This document shows, piece after piece, positions 59,311 to 64,000 of a stretch of 64,000 nt of DNA. Source of the stretch: Squalus acanthias (lineage: Eukaryota); assembly GCA_030390025.1 (NCBI GenBank), contig CM059433.1, positions 3,100,001 through 3,164,000 of the forward strand, read 5' to 3'. Positions within the stretch are counted from its first letter, which is position 1. The number at the start of each line of letters is the position of its first letter. A program made the translations under genes and the position numbers. Under the pieces are notes generated by a model. That model did not search any database. It was given only the letters and a program-made list of their open reading frames with translations, and was not told the DNA's origin.

Positions 59311-60694
59311 TGATGCGGAGATGCCGGTGTTGGACTGGGGTGGACAAAATTGAGAGGTCGCACAACACCAGGTTATAGTCCAAGGGGGAAAAATTCAGCT
59401 GCTTGCGCCTCCCGTTAGCACCTTAAGAGGGCGCTAATGGGGCGTAAAGCAGCTAACGCCCGGGCGCAGCGATGTTTGCGCCGCTCGAGAACTTAACTTG
59501 AGATTGTGCGGCGGCGCTAAAACTTACCGCTGCGACCACCTGCACGCGCAGATTGTGACGTCATTCCATGGTGCAACGCCCTTGGGGCGCCCCGTAGCGG
59601 AAATTGAGTGGCGCCCCCTGCCTTACCGCCTGGCGCTTCCAACGACCAGAAGACTGGAACGCTATCAATCGCTGTGGGGCTGGGGGGGGCGCTATTTAAA
59701 GGGGGCCTCTTCCTGTCTTTTATTGTTGGTGGCATTTTTGAACTACGCATTCTGAGAGAGAGAGGGAGAGACTTCTGGAGAGATTCAACGTTGTGTGAAG
59801 GAGTTTTGGGTACTGAGCAGCACTTTGCAGGTTCATTTTGATTTGCCATTCCTTGTATCGATTTAGCAGAGACCGTGGGAGCTGCACTCTGTGCTCTTTG
59901 CCTGGTGCTCTCCATTGTTCTTTCCAGCACATTTGATGTGCAAGTCTCTCCAGGCCGAGATTCAAGGCAGCAATGAACAGGATGTGGATGGAAAGCAAGA
60001 TTAACCATCCCCTTTAAGAACTGGCCCGTGCCATTGTGTGTGTGTTCCATTGCTGACTGACATTACATGAGCTTCGCCAGCGCTCCGAGTTAGCGCCTCA
60101 CTGCTCGGCCTTTGCGCCTTAAGAGAGGTGTGCAGCGCCTGCTTTAGCGCTCCACTCACCTCCCGGGGCGGTAAAAGTGAAGTTTCCCGTCAGTGCCGAT
60201 AATTAGCGCCAGGCGCTAATATTTGCGTCCGGACGATATTTGCGCCCCAAATGGGGCGCGACCTAATTTCTACCCCCAACAGTTTTATTTTAAATCACAA
60301 ACTTTCGGAGTTAAAACTCCTTCGTCGGGTGAAGTGAGGAGATACAGAATCGTCAAAGCATATATAGATAGAGAACAAAGCATGTGTAACTTACAATTGC
60401 AGACAACTGAATTCAATCATCCTGACTGTTTATCTGCCGAGGTGTGATAAAGTTAATCAGGTCAGCCAGGAAGGTACCACATCAAAGACATAGCAAGATA
60501 CAACTGAGACAATGAGGTGGAATCGCATGGGGTCGAACGTGTCAAAAGCTGGCGTCTGTATGTAAAACGATTAACTTAAAAATTTTTACTTTATTACTGG
60601 GAATCACATCTGTGAACAAGCCAACGACGACTCGAGTCCGGATCACGTCATGTATCGTGACATAAACCCAAGATCCCGATTGAGACCGTCTTCA
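59311..60694 (-). mobile_element. Penelope terminal fragment interrupted by a MITE
   Basis: Homologous to 19895-20370; TSD CAATCACA at 59303-59310 and 60695-60702. Confidence 0.88.
59384..60276. mobile_element. Harbinger-type MITE (893 bp)
   Basis: TIRs GGGGGAAAAATT / AATTTCTACCCC; 3-bp TSD CAA; inverted homolog of 16428-18979. Confidence 0.88.
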
Positions 60695-60971
60695 CAATCA
60701 CAAGCAGAGGTTCATGCAGATCTGCACAAGATTCCCTGGGAGCTGTCATGATGCCTTCATACTGAAGCAGTCCAACATCCCAGACCTTTTCGTTCCAGGA
60801 AGCAGACTTAAACACTGGCTCGTAGGAGACATTGGATACCCTCTTGGCTCATGACACCTGTGAAGAACCCCATCAAGGCGGCGCAGGAGCGCTACGAGAG
60901 CCACACGGCCACCAGGTGTGTCATAGAGCAAGCCAGTCTGCAGCAGACCATCTTACTGAAGATCAGTGATG

Positions 60972-61420
60972 TAAGAACATAAGAACATAAGAAATAGGAG
61001 CAGGAGTAGGCCAATCGGCCCTTCGAGCCTGCTCCGCCATTCAATAAGATCATGGCTGATCTGATCCTCACCTCAAATCTAAAGAACACAAGAAGTAGGA
61101 GCACGACCCGGCCACTCAGCCCCTGGGCCCGCTCCGCCACCCACAGGGCCTCGACCGATCCGAACTCAGCCTCATGTCCAATTTCCTGCCCGCTCCCCGT
61201 AACCCCTAATTCCCTTTACTTCTAGGAAACTGTCTATTTCTGTTTTAAATTTATTTAATGATGTAGCTTCCACAGCTTCCTGGGGCAGCAAATTCCACAG
61301 ACCTACTACCCTCTGAGTGAAGAAGTTTCTCCTCATCTCAGTTTTGAAAGAGCAGCCCCTTATTCTAAGATTATGCCCCTTAGTTCTAGTTTCACCCATC
61401 CTTGGGAACATCCTTACCGC
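60972..61420 (-). mobile_element. CR1 3' end with two tandem 3' UTR-like units
   Basis: MFPRMGETRTKGHNL...LWNLLP...GYGERAGNWT stop, then two UTR-like units and a (TTCTTATG)n tail. Confidence 0.88.
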
Positions 61421-62586
61421 ATGTGTTGTAAGGCCGTGGATAAGGTATCTATCACCCTGTTTAAGGTGGCAGACATGTTGGCATTCAAAGTCTGAAAGCC
61501 ATGCTTGAATTTCCATGGAGGCAGGCTCTTTCTCTCTCCATGGCAGACATTCTCACAATTACCTGCGCCACCAATCCACTGCTGTTCGAGTTGGACTCCA
61601 CTATCCTCTCCGCTAATGTGGAGTGTGTGCGTGACACATCTGTCAGCACCTGACTAAGATCCTGATGTAACTCTGTCATTCTCCATCTCAATGATATCCC
61701 CCAGGGTTCAGCATCTATGTCCAGCTGAGCAGAGCTTGGAAAGGATTGCGACGCCTGGTACAGATTCTCCACAGCTGCCCCTGCCACCACTGTCTGTTCT
61801 TGATCACTTGTGAATCACCAGGTGAAAACCCAACAAACTCTCCAAATGGTCCCTCCGAAGTGCGAGTATTCGCACTGGTGCATGGCTGCACATCCTGTGA
61901 CGGTGCACCCTCAGAAGGAAGGAAGTCCTCCGAAGAATCGTCCTCATGTATCTCCAGCCACACTTGATGTACGTGTGAAGGCCCTGGATGACAAAAGAAC
62001 GGGAGATGAATGGTCGTGGCAAAGTAACAATCCTGACAATCACTGAACTCAGTCATCTCATAGATCAGTCATTGATGAAATAAAGTCAGCATATGTGTCA
62101 GAGATATTTTTAATTCTGTCACCAGCCATCTGCGAGTTCCCAGTCTTTCCATCTCCAATTGAGAGGAACACAGATGTGTCCGTTATCTCCAGAGCACCCT
62201 ATTCTGCATCTGTGAGCTGGACTGTTTGTGGTGGGCCATTTCCAGACCTTTCCCCCTCCCTTGAGCTTTGCATTCTCTTCTACCTTGGGCGAAAAACAGA
62301 CGGGTAAGTGAGTGAAGGTCACGCATTCACCAGATGGAGGCAGTACATTCGGCGAGGATGACTATGAGAAAGACGTACATTTAAATAATGCCTTTCACGA
62401 CCTCAGTCTTACATGAAGTACTTTTGAAGTGTAGTCACTGTTGTAATGTGGGAAACGCGGCAGCCAATTTACGCACAGCAAGCTCCCCCAAGCAGCAATG
62501 TGATCATGACCAGATAATCTGGTTTAGTGATGTTGATTGAGGGATAAATATTGGCCAGGTCACCGGGGAGAACTCCCCTGCTCTTC

Positions 62587-63096
62587 GACGGTCTCAATCG
62601 GGATCTTGGGTTTATGTCACGATACATGACGTGATCCGGACTCGAGTCATCGTTAGCTTGTTCACAGATGTGATTCCCAGTAAAAAAGTAAAAATTTTCC
62701 CAGTAAAAAAGTAAAAATTTTAAAGCTTTTCATTTTACATACAGACGGCAGCTTTTGACACGTTAGAACCCCTGCGACTACACCTCATTGTCTCAGTTGT
62801 ATCTTGCTATGTCTTTGATGTGGTACCTTCCTGGCTGACTTAATTAACTTTATCACACCTCGGCAGATAGTCAGGATGATTTAATTTAGTGGTCTGCAAT
62901 TGTAAGGTACACATGCTTTGTTTTCTATCTATATATGCTTTGGCGATTCTGTATCTAATTTACTTCACCTGAGGAAGGAGCAATCGATAGCTCCGAAAGC
63001 TTGTGATTTCAAATAAAACTGTTGGACTATAACCTGGTGTTGTGCGACCTCTCAATTTTGTCCACCCCAGTCCAACACCGGCATCTCCGCATCATG
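62587..63096 (+). mobile_element. Penelope terminal fragment
   Basis: Near-identical inverted copy of 19895-20362 plus the shared end CCACCCCAGTCCAACACCGGCATCTCCGCATCATG. Confidence 0.9.
62965..63006 (+). ncRNA. Minimal type-I hammerhead ribozyme motif (Penelope-associated)
   Basis: TCAC-CTGAGGA-A-GGAG-caatcgatag-CTCC-GAAA-GCTT-GTGA: core boxes, stems I and II, palindromic stem III. Confidence 0.75.
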
Positions 63097-63542
63097 TCCG
63101 CTTCGAAATAGTGCCATGGGATCTTTTACGTCCACCTGAGAGAGCAGACGGGGCCTCGGTTTAACGTCTCATCCGAAAGACGGCACCTCCGACAGTGCAG
63201 CGCTCCCTCAGCACTGCGCTGGAGTGTCAACCGGGATTCTGGTGCTCAAGTCTCTAGAGTGGGACTTGAACCCACAAACCTCTGACTCAGAGTCGAGAGT
63301 GCTATAACTGAGCCATGGCTGACACTATAAGACAGATGCATCACATTGCATAAGGACTGTGGTGAGTGGCAGCGGTGGACGGATACATGGGGAGGTGAGG
63401 AAGTTCATAGAAAGGGAAGGCTGGGTGCTGCAGAAACTGAAGTGGGTGTGAGGCGTGGTGTGATGGAGAACGCTTGGCAAGACAGAGTGAGGGGGGTGTG
63501 GTTTACACCACAGGATGTTGGTGAATCAGCAAATGTATTCCC

Positions 63543-63773
63543 TTTTCCTGACCTGGTTAGGTCATTAAACTGCTTCCTGATCTGCATTCTAGACCGGGGC
63601 ACAACGCTCCTGCTGCTCACCCCCTCAGCCACTTCCCACCTCGCCTTCTTGGTGACAGCAGCAGGTTTCTTCCTCCCGTTGCTGGGGAAAGGTATGTCCC
63701 TCCTGCTCCTGCCTGCGCCCAGCAATAATTCTAGGGCAGCATTATTGAATCTGGGTGCTCTTTGTAAATCCAT
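63543..63773 (-). pseudogene. Harbinger Myb/SANT protein exon 1
   Basis: MDLQRAPRFNNAALELLL...WEVAEGVSSRSVVPRSRMQIRKQFNDLTRSGK; homologous to 13731-13958 and 24634-24880. Confidence 0.85.
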
Positions 63774-64000
63774 CCTCACCACCTCCTGGCTTCTCCAAAT
63801 TCCATTTCTGCATTGGCCCTTTAAATAGTGGACTTCAGATCGCTTCATGTGTGAGCGCATCACGCCCACTGAGCTGCTCGGAGACACCAAATCCGGAAGT
63901 CAAAATTTATTGCTTCAATCAAACTGAAAACGGAGAATCCAACCCGCTGACTTTACTTCCGGATTTCGCCCATTCACTCTCGCCTCACCTCAGGAATTCA

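Larger units (their letters stand above)
58145..60950 (+). pseudogene. HARBI1-like transposase interrupted by a minisatellite and a Penelope/MITE insertion
   Basis: LSEEQWYRRLRLS, FPQIQGA.NCTHIAI, SVNAQLVCNH|KQRFMQICTRFPGSCHDAFIL, WLVGDIGYPL. Confidence 0.85.
62375..63325 (-). mobile_element. DeuSINE-type SINE split by a Penelope fragment
   Basis: Reverse complement of the 104-1842 SINE. Confidence 0.85.
57698..64000. mobile_element. Large decayed PIF/Harbinger element with multiple nested insertions; runs off the window
   Basis: TIR-like GGGGGGATTTTAAC at 57698; transposase remnant (+) 58145-60950; Myb/SANT exons (-) near 63543-63773, 62130-62285 and 61440-61950. Confidence 0.8.

Overview
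Repeat-saturated vertebrate DNA. The repeat mix (CR1, L2 and RTE LINEs, DeuSINE-type SINEs, Penelope/GIY-YIG elements, PIF/Harbinger transposons and MITEs) suggests a cartilaginous fish; that is inference. I found no host gene that I can support. The standout is a very young 9.5-kb endogenous retrovirus-like element at 43171-52665 (+). It has 1724-bp LTRs with only 2 differences spotted, a GATC target-site duplication, an 18-nt tRNA-Arg(TCG)-type PBS that overlaps the gag ATG, an intact 603-aa Gag, and an intact 783-aa Env (Ig-like domain plus class-I fusion module). It has no protease, RT, RNase H or integrase core. Where pol should be, a UGA-CUAG readthrough codon leads into an in-frame ~380-codon ORF built from a duplicated Gag segment and low-complexity sequence. 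Relatives in the window are two solo LTRs (5886-7562, 17194-18861) and a decayed element (35899-40712, -) that keeps the same readthrough junction followed by protease and retroviral-type RNase H remnants, pointing to a lokiretrovirus-like lineage. Also present: a near-intact Ty3/gypsy element lacking a tRNA PBS (8177-12687), hammerhead-bearing Penelope copies including two palindromic insertions, and a 15-bp G-rich minisatellite expanded inside Harbinger transposase genes.
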